Origin: Candidatus Marinacidobacterales bacterium
GTDB taxonomy: Bacteria; Acidobacteriota; Vicinamibacteria; Marinacidobacterales; SMYC01
DNA length: 64,000 bases
Assembly (NCBI GenBank): GCA_965237955.1
Contig: OZ250169.1
Location: 672,001 to 736,000 of the forward strand
Direction of reading: 5' to 3'
Part shown: in pieces, positions 56,601-64,000 of the stretch
Position numbering within the stretch: position 1 is the stretch's first letter
Layout: each line of letters begins with the position of its first letter
Notes under the pieces: model-generated
What the model was told of the DNA's origin: nothing
Database searches by the model: none
Seen by the model: only the letters and a program-made list of their open reading frames with translations
Made by a program: the position numbers and the translations under genes

Positions 56601-57205
56601 CCGCGCATCTACTTATGCGTTTTTTCGATCCCCAGAAGGGCGAGGTGCGCATGAACGGTGTGAGCTTGCGGGACTACAAGCTCGATGCGCTACGTGATCA
56701 AATCGCGCTAGTAACCCAGGATACCTATTTGTTCAACGAAACCCTGCGCGCGAATATCTTGCTGGCGCGCCCGGATGCGAGTGAAGAGGATATTCGCCAG
56801 GCGGTGGAGCGTGCGGCCCTTGCCGAGTTCGTCGATGCACTGCCAGAGGGTCTGGAAACCCGGGTCGGTGAGCGTGGAGTTCGCCTCTCTGGCGGACAAC
56901 GACAACGGGTAGCTATCGCGCGTGCGTTTCTCAAGGATGCGCCGATACTGATCCTGGATGAGGCCACGTCGCATCTGGACGCCGTGAACGAACAGGCGGT
57001 ACGCTGGGCTCTGGAAGAGCTCATGGCGAATCGCACCACCGTGGTCATCGCGCACCGCCTGTCGACCATTCGCAACGCCGGGCAAATCGTCGTCCTCGAC
57101 GCCGGCCACGTCGTCGAAACGGGCACGCACGACGAGCTCCTGTCCCGCCGCGGGTTGTACAGCCAGCTCGTTGGCCGGCAGCTCGCAAGCGCCGCGGCTG
57201 AGTAG
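53612..57205 (+). CDS. Single-chain double ABC transporter (TMD-NBD-TMD-NBD), CydDC/IrtAB-like
   Basis: Two Walker A (GASGSGKS, GSSGAGKT), two LSGGQRQR; GVEQLETYFGQYLPQ and LAHDMAFRMLAEMR resemble CydD and CydC. Confidence 0.9.
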   Translation: MFLDSRLWRFTEGLRWRIAGAVCVGLLAALVGIGRLALLGWLLAQVFAGAPAESLILPVALVAVVMGLRGVLEYWRNMIAHRTAARVQLALRERLFDKIVELGPAHFGFERTGDVLLAMVDGVEQLETYFGQYLPQLFVAALTPVIVFALIATLDLPVALVMFGFALVTLIAPSVFQKWDSSNSLRRQKAYAAFAAEFLDAIQGFATLKAFGQSAARARLLAHKAHELFRATMWVLATNSLSRGIVDTGLAVGAAATLGYGAYRVSAGSTSLEVLLIVLMMGIEVYRPQRDLRALLHQGMVGLSSAKGIFAVLDAKPAITPRDDIVAAEEALVPTVSFDHVSFAYPGGRRQAHQDLSFHLAAGERVGVVGASGSGKSSIVRLLSRFYDPQKGTVRIGGRDLRNLHPRDIHRNIAVVNQDNYLFHGSVEENLRFGRPDASQEELEAAARAANAHGFISQLPQGYRTIVGERGIRLSGGQRQRVAIARALLRDAPILVLDEALSAVDAENEAIIQEALDRLMQGRTTLIFAHRLSSVIGADRLLVLEQGRLVETGSHASLMKAGGVYHSLMAAQAAESARAYTTLALGRPAEDRAPAAQSVDEAENAHLEPTDAILRAEGMGWLDAFRELFRHVQPWKGKLTVVFFFGVTRVFALIGVGVVSALVVAAVKNDAPFDHYLVVLAVIAPFAGILHWTESWLAHDMAFRMLAEMRIALFEKLDKLAPAYLLRRRTGDLVAMATHDVELVEYFFAHTVAPALVAVLVPALVFATLSYFGWPMAIALLPFVFIVALSPFFMRARIDTLGSRAREALADLNAHVVDTIQGLNEIIAFEYVARRKAEMVARTNRNLSLRVPFFRDLTVQMALLEVATGLGGLAIVVTGARLVAAGELAAGTLPLLTLLAMAAFLPVSEIAHIGRQLADTLGATRRLYAVHNEKVAVADGLGVALPVVRGGASLDFSDVDFSYFSNRRLALEDASFSAPAGSTVALVGSSGAGKTTAAHLLMRFFDPQKGEVRMNGVSLRDYKLDALRDQIALVTQDTYLFNETLRANILLARPDASEEDIRQAVERAALAEFVDALPEGLETRVGERGVRLSGGQRQRVAIARAFLKDAPILILDEATSHLDAVNEQAVRWALEELMANRTTVVIAHRLSTIRNAGQIVVLDAGHVVETGTHDELLSRRGLYSQLVGRQLASAAAE

Positions 57206-57355
57206 CACGCTCGACCATTTCCGAAACGGACGGCTTCACGATCTGATTGTTGTACTATTCCCTCTGGAACTACGAGCCTGAGCGCAGAACCAGCGAGGTG
57301 CATACGATGCCGCGAGGTGGACGAATACTGATGGTCGTCGTCACGGCCAGCTTAG

Positions 57356-58096
57356 CCTGAAGTTCCTGGCTGAAAAAACCAAGATCCAGTGTTGATCCAA
57401 TGAGATAGATGGAATCAAAGGTGTTGGCTTCTGTCTACACGGTGATACCTTTGAGCAAGTCGTAGGCTCTCTGCTGTTTCGAGTCTGGAGTTGTGCTGAC
57501 ATCGAAGGTGGGTTCGTCGGGTCCGGCTTCCGGTCGCCGACATTTGTTTCGGACGATGTTGGTAAGAAGGCCCAGCAGCGTGCGGAAGCTGGAAGCTCGA
57601 CTCCCATCGTCAAGCTTCTTGGTTTGTATCTTGCGCAGGGCGGCCTCGGAGCGCTTCGCGGGAGCAACCGGGTCACGCGTGGCCTTCGCCTGCTGGTCCT
57701 CGTCAGAGAATAGCAGCGGCCGCCAAGCTTCCATCATGTACCACTGAACGTAGTAGGCCAGCATGCACAAGAAGATGTGCGCCCGGACTCGGTTTTCGCG
57801 CCGGTGACGAATCGGCCGCACCTTCAGGTCCATGCTTTTGAAGGAACGAAACGCCCTCTCGACCTGGGTCAGCAACTTGTAGCTGCGCACGGTGTCGTCG
57901 GTGTCCATCCGCTGCTTAGCAAGACTGGTGCGGATCACGTAGATGCCGTCAACGGCAGCTTCCGCAGCGACCTTTGTGTCGTCGATTTCGAAGCTAAAGC
58001 TGTCGTCGCGAATGTTCAGCTTGAAGTGCTTGCCGACTTTGTACTTGTTGAGAACTCTGCCTACCCGCACACCGATTTTACCTTTACCATACAGCT
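57356..58096 (-). mobile_element. IS1634 family transposase 3' remnant with right end
   Basis: DGIYVIRT...YKLLTQVERAFRSFKS.DLKVRPIRH...RVRAHIFLCMLAY. Confidence 0.88.
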
Positions 58097-58100
58097 GACC

Positions 58101-58126
58101 CCGTCCTGTGCCAAAACTCGGCCCTT
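58101..58126 (-). repeat. Dispersed terminal repeat, copy N
   Basis: CCGTCCTGTGCCAAAACTCGGCCCTT, next to the IS1634 truncation. Confidence 0.9.
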
Positions 58127-58345
58127 ATCTCATCCAGTCGTTTCGCAGCGCCCACACCGGTGTGATCCGCAAAAAAGAAGATCGCGTACCGCTGGATCGA
58201 CTTTTTGCGGAGCACAGGTTCGGAAGGATCCCTGTAAGTGACGCAACCCGGGGGTACCTCCAGGTCGTCCGATGACTCCAACGTCGCTCCTGAGCCAATC
58301 TCGAGCGTCTCGTTGTTTGGCGGCGGGTTGATCCAGGCTGCGACC

Positions 58346-58776
58346 GGCGTTGTTGCACCGCTCTTGGCTGAGCGCGAAATCTACCTATGGTGGTGGCCGA
58401 GGTAACGTTCGACCATGAAGTATCCCAAGCGCAGCCAGTACAAGCACGCGAAGCAGAAGAAGTACCACGTTTCTAACTGGGCGGAATACAACGAAGGGCT
58501 GCGCCGCCGGGGCGATTTGACGGTCTGGTTTGACGAGGAGGCAATCGCGAACTGGAAGGCCGACAAGAGCGGTAAGCCTGGCGGTCAACGGGTCTATTCA
58601 GAGATGGCGATTGAAACGGGCCTGGTTGTCCGGATGGTGTACAAGCTTGCCTACCGCCAAACCGAAGGCTTCTTGCACTCGATCGCCTCGCTTCTCCGGC
58701 TGTGTATCGAGATCCCGGACTACTCGACGTTGTGTCGGCGGTCGAGGCTGCTCCGCAAGAAGCTGCGGATTCGAAA
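58346..58776 (+). mobile_element. IS5 5' fragment (paralog of 42408..)
   Basis: GGCGTTGTTGCAC IR; MKYPKRSQYKHAKQKKY... Confidence 0.9.
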
Positions 58777-58849
58777 GGGGATTATATATAACACTTGACT
58801 TGATTAGACCCACCAGCCTATGACACTTGGCACTTCTGCACCAATTGCT

Positions 58850-59938
58850 TGCCTTGGTGCACAACTCCGATAGAGGCCGAGAGCTCGCTTGGCCCCGACT
58901 CCCATCATCCGATCATCTCGCTATCAGGCATCCCGAGCGCCGTCATGGTGTTCAGAATCTTGCACCCGATCCTTGCCTCAACTCTCTGTGCCGCCAACCC
59001 TCTCGCTCGCATCGCTGAGCCCACGATAGCCTTGTAGCGATGGAACGTTGTCTCGACTTTGCTCCGTTTGCTGTAGCCCGATTCTGTGTGCCACTTTCGT
59101 TTGCCGAGCCGAGCTTGTGCTGCAATGTTGCGATTGCGCTGTCGGCTGCTCGCCGGCCCCGATGCGAGCAGGGTGCCCTTGCGCGGCGGTATCAGCACCC
59201 TCGGCGAGAGCGATGAGCGCTGTGATTCTCGATCGCCTCATAGACGCCGCTGGCGTCGTATGCGGTGTCAGCTCTGGCCGATGAGATGGGACTGTCGATC
59301 TGTCCGACAAGCGATGCAACCCGCGATGAATCGCGGGCTCTTTTGCTCGTCAGCTCGCCGACGACGACTTCGCCAGTCTGCTCGTCGACACACAGATGGA
59401 GCTTGCGATAGTCCCTGCTCTTTGGTGCTCTGCGCAGCTGGCCGGCGTGGACAGCGAGACCGCTGCTGTCGATCAAGATGTGCAACGGCGTCTTCTGCTT
59501 GTCTTGGTAGAAGGGGACCTTACCCAGCTTCGCCTTGCGCCTCGAAATCGTGGTGTGATCGGGCACATCATTGTCTAGCTTCATCAGAGCGAACAACGAT
59601 CGCAGCAATCCCTCGCTCTGCCTAGATGACAGATGAAACACCATGCCCAGGGTGACAGCCGTCTCGATGGCGTGGTTCGAGTACTTGCGTTGACGGCCCG
59701 GTTTCCTCCTCCTCGGCCGGGGCGCGTCCCAGTTCACAAGCTTGCCGACGGTGAGCGAGATCCAGACGGTCAGGCTCCCACGGTTGCGTAGACCCGCCTC
59801 ATATTCACGCCAATTCCTCACGCGATAGGCCTTCTTCACATACTTCCGCTGAGTGCGTTTGAAAATGCTCATGGGGAACCTCGTATCCGCGAGTACAGGA
59901 CAATTGTGGACCGAGATCGCGAGTTGTGCACCAAGGCA
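58850..59938 (-). mobile_element. IS5 (IS903 group) element with frameshifted transposase (59872 to 58905)
   Basis: IRs TGCCTTGGTGCACAACTC / GAGTTGTGCACCAAGGCA; IDSSG, YRKLH, ADTAYD, YSKRSKVE; frame break near 59200. Confidence 0.9.
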
Positions 59939-60263
59939 CCGTAGCGTTCGTTCATGACGTGCAAGCTGATCCTGGGTCAACGCAGCCTGTACCTTGCTTT
60001 CGATCAGACGGCACCACGAAGCTCCATCATGAATGATGAAGTCAGGTAAACCCCTGCGCCCCGCCTCCTCCTCATCGAATTCCGCCGGGTCGCCGGGCAC
60101 ACTTTGCTCTGCAATCAGAAGCTTCGTTTCGTGGACCGGAGCCTTCACACTCATCCAAGCGAGGAACCCTCGGAGAAGATTTCGATCTTCGTTCAAACAC
60201 ACGGCCAGCGCATGAGTCAGTCCGATTCTCAGGCTGGTTGTACTGGTCGAAGAGGTTTCGCAT
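59939..60263 (-). pseudogene. PD-(D/E)XK nuclease-like N-terminal fragment cut by IS5
   Basis: MRNLFDQYNQPENR...GLPDFIIHD...LIESKV...DQLARH. Confidence 0.6.
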
Positions 60264-60464
60264 CTATCTATCGTCGTACGATGCTAGCGAATTCGTGGAA
60301 CTTCAAGCGATCCGGTTCCGATTCTGCCCGTGAGGTCAAAATACTCATGCGGCTTCCCGACGGGCAGAGACGAGAGCGCGAACAAACGACGAAATCATGC
60401 CGGCATGGTCCCGGCAGACCGGAGACTAATCAAGTTCGGTGCGCGCGGATGAATAAATAGAAGG

Positions 60465-60679
60465 CACAACTCTGTTCTCCTCGAGCAAGTAGACCATAGC
60501 GGCCTGTTGGTCACGCTGAACCCAACCAGCGATGGCGACCACCAACAGTGTCAAGGGCTGGACCGGCGTGCTCATGACCGAGGATTCTAGCTCCCATCGG
60601 CCAACCAAGCGTAGACACGTCTATTCCGAAACGTCCCGGCGAGCCGGTCTTGAGTTCGTTTGTGTTTTTGGACACGACG
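60465..60679 (-). mobile_element. Left end of an rve-type IS, likely parent of the 46.2/46.5-kb MITEs
   Basis: CGTCGTGTCCAAAAACAC end plus LLVVAIAGWVQRDQQAAMVYLLEENRV. Confidence 0.75.
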
Positions 60680-60707
60680 ACGACGCGGGAACCATTCATG
60701 ATTTTAC

Positions 60708-60765
60708 TTGACCGACCGACTTAGTCGGACATATAATCCTCAAATTGATAATGACATTCAGTTTC
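60708..60765 (+). promoter_or_regulatory. Sigma70-type promoter with spacer palindrome and downstream Fur box
   Basis: TTGACC (60708)-18 bp-TATAAT (60732); CCGACT-T-AGTCGG in the spacer; GATAATGACATTCAGTTTC (60747-60765) matches 15/19 of the Fur consensus. Confidence 0.7.
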
Positions 60766-61021
60766 AATATTGCCAGTCGCTGCCAGAGGTCCCGGCCACA
60801 CACTTTAGAGAGACAGTCGCCTGTTACAAACGAACCGTGGAGAGGCTGATGAAGTGTTCTAATCCCTGAGGCAAAATAAGCGCTCGCCAGGTGTTGCCAC
60901 ACCCGGCGAGCTGCACGAACGCACGGTCCACAGACCTGATCACACGTAAATACGCGCGACAACGCTCGCCTCACTGCATTTTAGCGGCGAGAGAGTGTGG
61001 CGCGCAAGTAGGAGAAATGCC

Positions 61022-64000
61022 ATGACTTATATCGCTCGGCTTCTATTGTGCTCGACCCTCTTTCTCTCACCTGTCGGCTCGACACTCGCTGCGGCGGCTG
61101 ATGAGCAACTCGGCGTGTTGGTCGTGGCTCATGGCTCGACGGCGGCGTGGAACACCAACGTCGAGGCCGTGGTGACGATTATTCAACAACACATGCCATC
61201 TAAAGCGGCGTACCTGATGGGTGCGAAGAACCGCACACCGCAGGAGGCGTACGACGAACTGGTCGCGGCTGGTGTCCAGCGGATTGTCGTCGTGCCGCTC
61301 CTGGTGTCTTCCTACAGCCTGCACTACGAACAGGTCCGCTTCATTGGCCGCCTTCGCGACGATTACTCGGGCTCCGAACGGATGGAACTCACGCCGCTGC
61401 ACGGGCCTGCAGACGTTGTCGGCGTCACGCCGGCTCTTGATGCAGATCCGATCCTCGCTGGCATCTTGTCCGACCGGGCGCGTGCGCTCAGTCGTGACCC
61501 ATCCACGGAAAGCCTCGTCATCGTGGCGCACGGGCCGAACGGCGCCGCAGACGCAGACCGGTGGATGGACGTGATCCGAGAACTTGGTGTCCAAATACAG
61601 TCCCTCGTGCCGTTTAAGGAGGTCGATGTCCGCCTATTGCGGGACGATGCGCCCACACCGGTCAAAGACCAGGCGCTCGCGGAGCTCAGACACTCGGTGG
61701 CCAACCGTGCAGCGTCGGGGCGGGTCGTCGTCGTGCCGCTCCTGCTCGGGCCGGGACGCCTCGTCGACCAGATACCCAACGTACTCACTGGATTGGATTA
61801 CCTCTGGGACGGTCGACCCGTGCTCCCGGACAGCCGGATCGCTGACTGGGCCATGTCCCAGGTCGAGCGTGTATCGGCGCAGCAAGATGCAGCCAGCCGG
61901 CAGTCGACAGCTGATTTGCTGACTTTCTTGGATTCCGTGACCGTGACCGCGACGCTCCGGCCGGCGCCGGTACGGGAGATCCCCGGCATGGTGACGGTCG
62001 TCGACAGCGAGGTCATTCAGGCGAGGCTATTCGAGAACCTGTCTGATCTCGTCAAGTACGAACCCGGGGTGTACGTCGAAAACAATATGACCCGTCTTGG
62101 TCTCAACGGATTCAACATCCGCGGCATCGGAAGGAATCGCGTGATGACGCAGGTGGACGGCATTCAGACGTCGGAGCAGTTCGACTTCGGGCCGTTCAGC
62201 GTGCATCAGCTGGCGCTCGATCTCGATGCGTTGAAATCCGTCGAGATCGTGCGGAGTGCCAACTCGGCGCTCTACGGCAGCGATGCCCTCGGCGGCGTGG
62301 TCTCGCTGTTCACTAAGGATCCCGGCGACTACCTCCGCGGCCGGCGGTTCCATATCGGCGCCAAGACGACTTGGAATGGTCGCGCCGAGGATATCAGTGG
62401 GAACCTCACTCTGGCCGGGGGTACCGGACGGCTCCAAGCGTCGTTCTTCGCCAGCTTCAACCGCGGGAACGAGGTCCGTAATAAAGGGACGGTAAAAACC
62501 CGTGAGGCCACCCGTACCGCGGCGAATCCGCAAGACGTACGGGGCACCCAACTACTGGGCAAGCTCGTCTTCACAGCCTCGCCAGGCAATATGTGGCGCG
62601 TGGCAACGGAAGTCTACGATACCCGTGTCGAAACGACATGGTTCTCGGACATGGGATTGACGCAGCTCGGTCCGTTTCTTTACGACACTTTGGACTCGGT
62701 TGCTGTTGACACGCAGGGCCGCCAGCGCCTGTCGCTCGATCACACGCTAGTCGACCGCGCTGGTCTCGATCAGCTGTCATGGCGTATCTACGGCCAGCGC
62801 AACGACACATTTCAGGTCGTCGATCGTGAGCGCATGACGTTTGGCTTCGGGCCGCCGATTCATTCGACGCGCCGCGAAACGGTCGACTTCGAGCAGATTG
62901 GCTACGGCGGATCGGGTCGGGGTCAGAAGTGGCTGGGTGGTCCGAGTAACGGTGTGCTAGTCACGTTCGGCGCCAGCTACCAGACCGACACCTTCGACAT
63001 CCTGCGCGACCGGAGCGAGCTCAACGTTCGGACGGCGGCGCCCGTGCCGACCAGCCTGATCTTCCCGAACAAGTACTTCCCCGAGAGCGACGTCGCCGAG
63101 TCCGGTACGTACGTCCAGGCGGAGCTCCAGTTCGGCCGCGTCACGCTCGTGCCCGGGGTGCGCTACGATCACTTCTCGCTCGACGCCAACCAGAGCGACC
63201 CGATCTTCCTTGCAAGCCTGAACCCGGAGCCGACCGACTTCTCCTACAGCGCCATATCGCCGAAAGTTGGCGTGTCGGCGCGATTGACGGACGTGGTGAC
63301 CGTCCACGCGCAGTACGCCAGCGGATTCCGGGCGCCACCATACAGCGCCATCAACACCGGCTTCACGAACCCACAGGGAGGCTACGTCACGCTTCCAAAT
63401 CCCGAGCTCAGGGCGGAGACGAGCGACAACATCGAAGTCGGGGTGCGGACCGCGTTCGACCGCGCGAGCTTCGGCGTGACCGTCTTCTCGAACCGGTACG
63501 ACGACTTCATTGACCTGACGACGATCGGCTTCAATCCAAGAACCCGGCTGCTCGAATTCCAGAGCAGGAACCTCGAAAAGGCCGAGATCAAGGGTGTCGA
63601 GCTGCGCGGCGAGGCGTACGTGACCGACCGCGTGATGATTCGCGGGAGCTACGCGAGAATCGACGGCGTTGAGATCTCGAAGGACGCTGCGGTCCCGCCG
63701 CTCGCGGCCGAGACGCCGCTTGGTTCCATCGCGCCGAACGAAGGCGTGCTCGGTATCCAGTACCTCCAACCCTCCGGCCGTTGGGGTGCGGAGCTGTCCG
63801 TCAGGCTGGTCGAGTCGTACCAGGGTGCCCCTGATGAAAACCAGTTCACGCCGGACGCCTACCAGGTCGTCGACCTGGTGAGCCACGTCTCGCTCGCGGA
63901 GGCCCTCACGTTTCGTCTTGGCCTGCTCAACCTGACGGATGCGACGTACTTCGAGTGGTGGAACGTGCGGGGACGCCAGGCGAACGACCCGGTGATCGAT
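61022..64000 (+). CDS. Signal peptide + CbiX-type chelatase fused to TonB-dependent haem/haemoglobin-type receptor (runs off window end)
   Basis: Manual translation: MTYIARLLLC...GVLVVAHGS...IVVVPLL...H...LVIVAHGPN...RDDA, in frame into DSVTVTAT (TonB box), FNIRGIG.NRV, VEIVRSANSALYGSDALGGVV, FRAP, NPELRAE, YFEWWNVRG. Confidence 0.88.
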   Translation, partial: MTYIARLLLCSTLFLSPVGSTLAAAADEQLGVLVVAHGSTAAWNTNVEAVVTIIQQHMPSKAAYLMGAKNRTPQEAYDELVAAGVQRIVVVPLLVSSYSLHYEQVRFIGRLRDDYSGSERMELTPLHGPADVVGVTPALDADPILAGILSDRARALSRDPSTESLVIVAHGPNGAADADRWMDVIRELGVQIQSLVPFKEVDVRLLRDDAPTPVKDQALAELRHSVANRAASGRVVVVPLLLGPGRLVDQIPNVLTGLDYLWDGRPVLPDSRIADWAMSQVERVSAQQDAASRQSTADLLTFLDSVTVTATLRPAPVREIPGMVTVVDSEVIQARLFENLSDLVKYEPGVYVENNMTRLGLNGFNIRGIGRNRVMTQVDGIQTSEQFDFGPFSVHQLALDLDALKSVEIVRSANSALYGSDALGGVVSLFTKDPGDYLRGRRFHIGAKTTWNGRAEDISGNLTLAGGTGRLQASFFASFNRGNEVRNKGTVKTREATRTAANPQDVRGTQLLGKLVFTASPGNMWRVATEVYDTRVETTWFSDMGLTQLGPFLYDTLDSVAVDTQGRQRLSLDHTLVDRAGLDQLSWRIYGQRNDTFQVVDRERMTFGFGPPIHSTRRETVDFEQIGYGGSGRGQKWLGGPSNGVLVTFGASYQTDTFDILRDRSELNVRTAAPVPTSLIFPNKYFPESDVAESGTYVQAELQFGRVTLVPGVRYDHFSLDANQSDPIFLASLNPEPTDFSYSAISPKVGVSARLTDVVTVHAQYASGFRAPPYSAINTGFTNPQGGYVTLPNPELRAETSDNIEVGVRTAFDRASFGVTVFSNRYDDFIDLTTIGFNPRTRLLEFQSRNLEKAEIKGVELRGEAYVTDRVMIRGSYARIDGVEISKDAAVPPLAAETPLGSIAPNEGVLGIQYLQPSGRWGAELSVRLVESYQGAPDENQFTPDAYQVVDLVSHVSLAEALTFRLGLLNLTDATYFEWWNVRGRQANDPVID

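Noticed and set aside
59192-60202. 336-aa nuclease-transposase fusion ORF
   Set aside because: Read-through across the IS5 inverted repeat at 59938, an insertion artefact.
60770-61020. Possible cobalamin riboswitch in the leader
   Set aside because: Only scattered GCCAC and AGACCTG words; I could not find the conserved GGGAA/B12-box architecture. Needs an Rfam scan.
61067-63886. Minus-strand and off-frame ORFs listed over the last 3 kb
   Set aside because: Shadows of the plus-strand CbiX-TBDR ORF.

Overview
GC-rich bacterial accessory region with heavy IS-driven decay. (1) About 1-18.7 kb: a partly degraded surface-polysaccharide locus (GT4 glycosyltransferases, wecB, SAM methyltransferases, NAD-dependent epimerase, flippase remnant) broken by IS3/IS6/ISAzo13/rve elements and an internally deleted group II intron. 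(2) About 19-60.7 kb: an IS-rich defence-island-like mosaic. It holds a five-gene Ubl/E2/JAB-E1/ABC-ATPase/PIN operon, a DNA methyltransferase plus kinase-ORC/CDC6-type ATPase plus CARF-like module, a three-gene Fic operon, XRE-ImmA, Abi-alpha-like and CBS-HEPN genes, a drmA fragment, a two-spacer CRISPR remnant between two MITEs, and a fused double ABC transporter. The mosaic is partitioned by 14 copies of one non-coding terminal sequence (...GAGTTTTGGCACAGGACG) that has a fixed outer end and a variably truncated inner end. (3) 60.7-64 kb: a Fur-box promoter ahead of an ORF, absent from the ORF track, that fuses a CbiX-type chelatase in frame to a TonB-dependent haem-type receptor. All family calls come from motif recognition by eye; no database searches were run.
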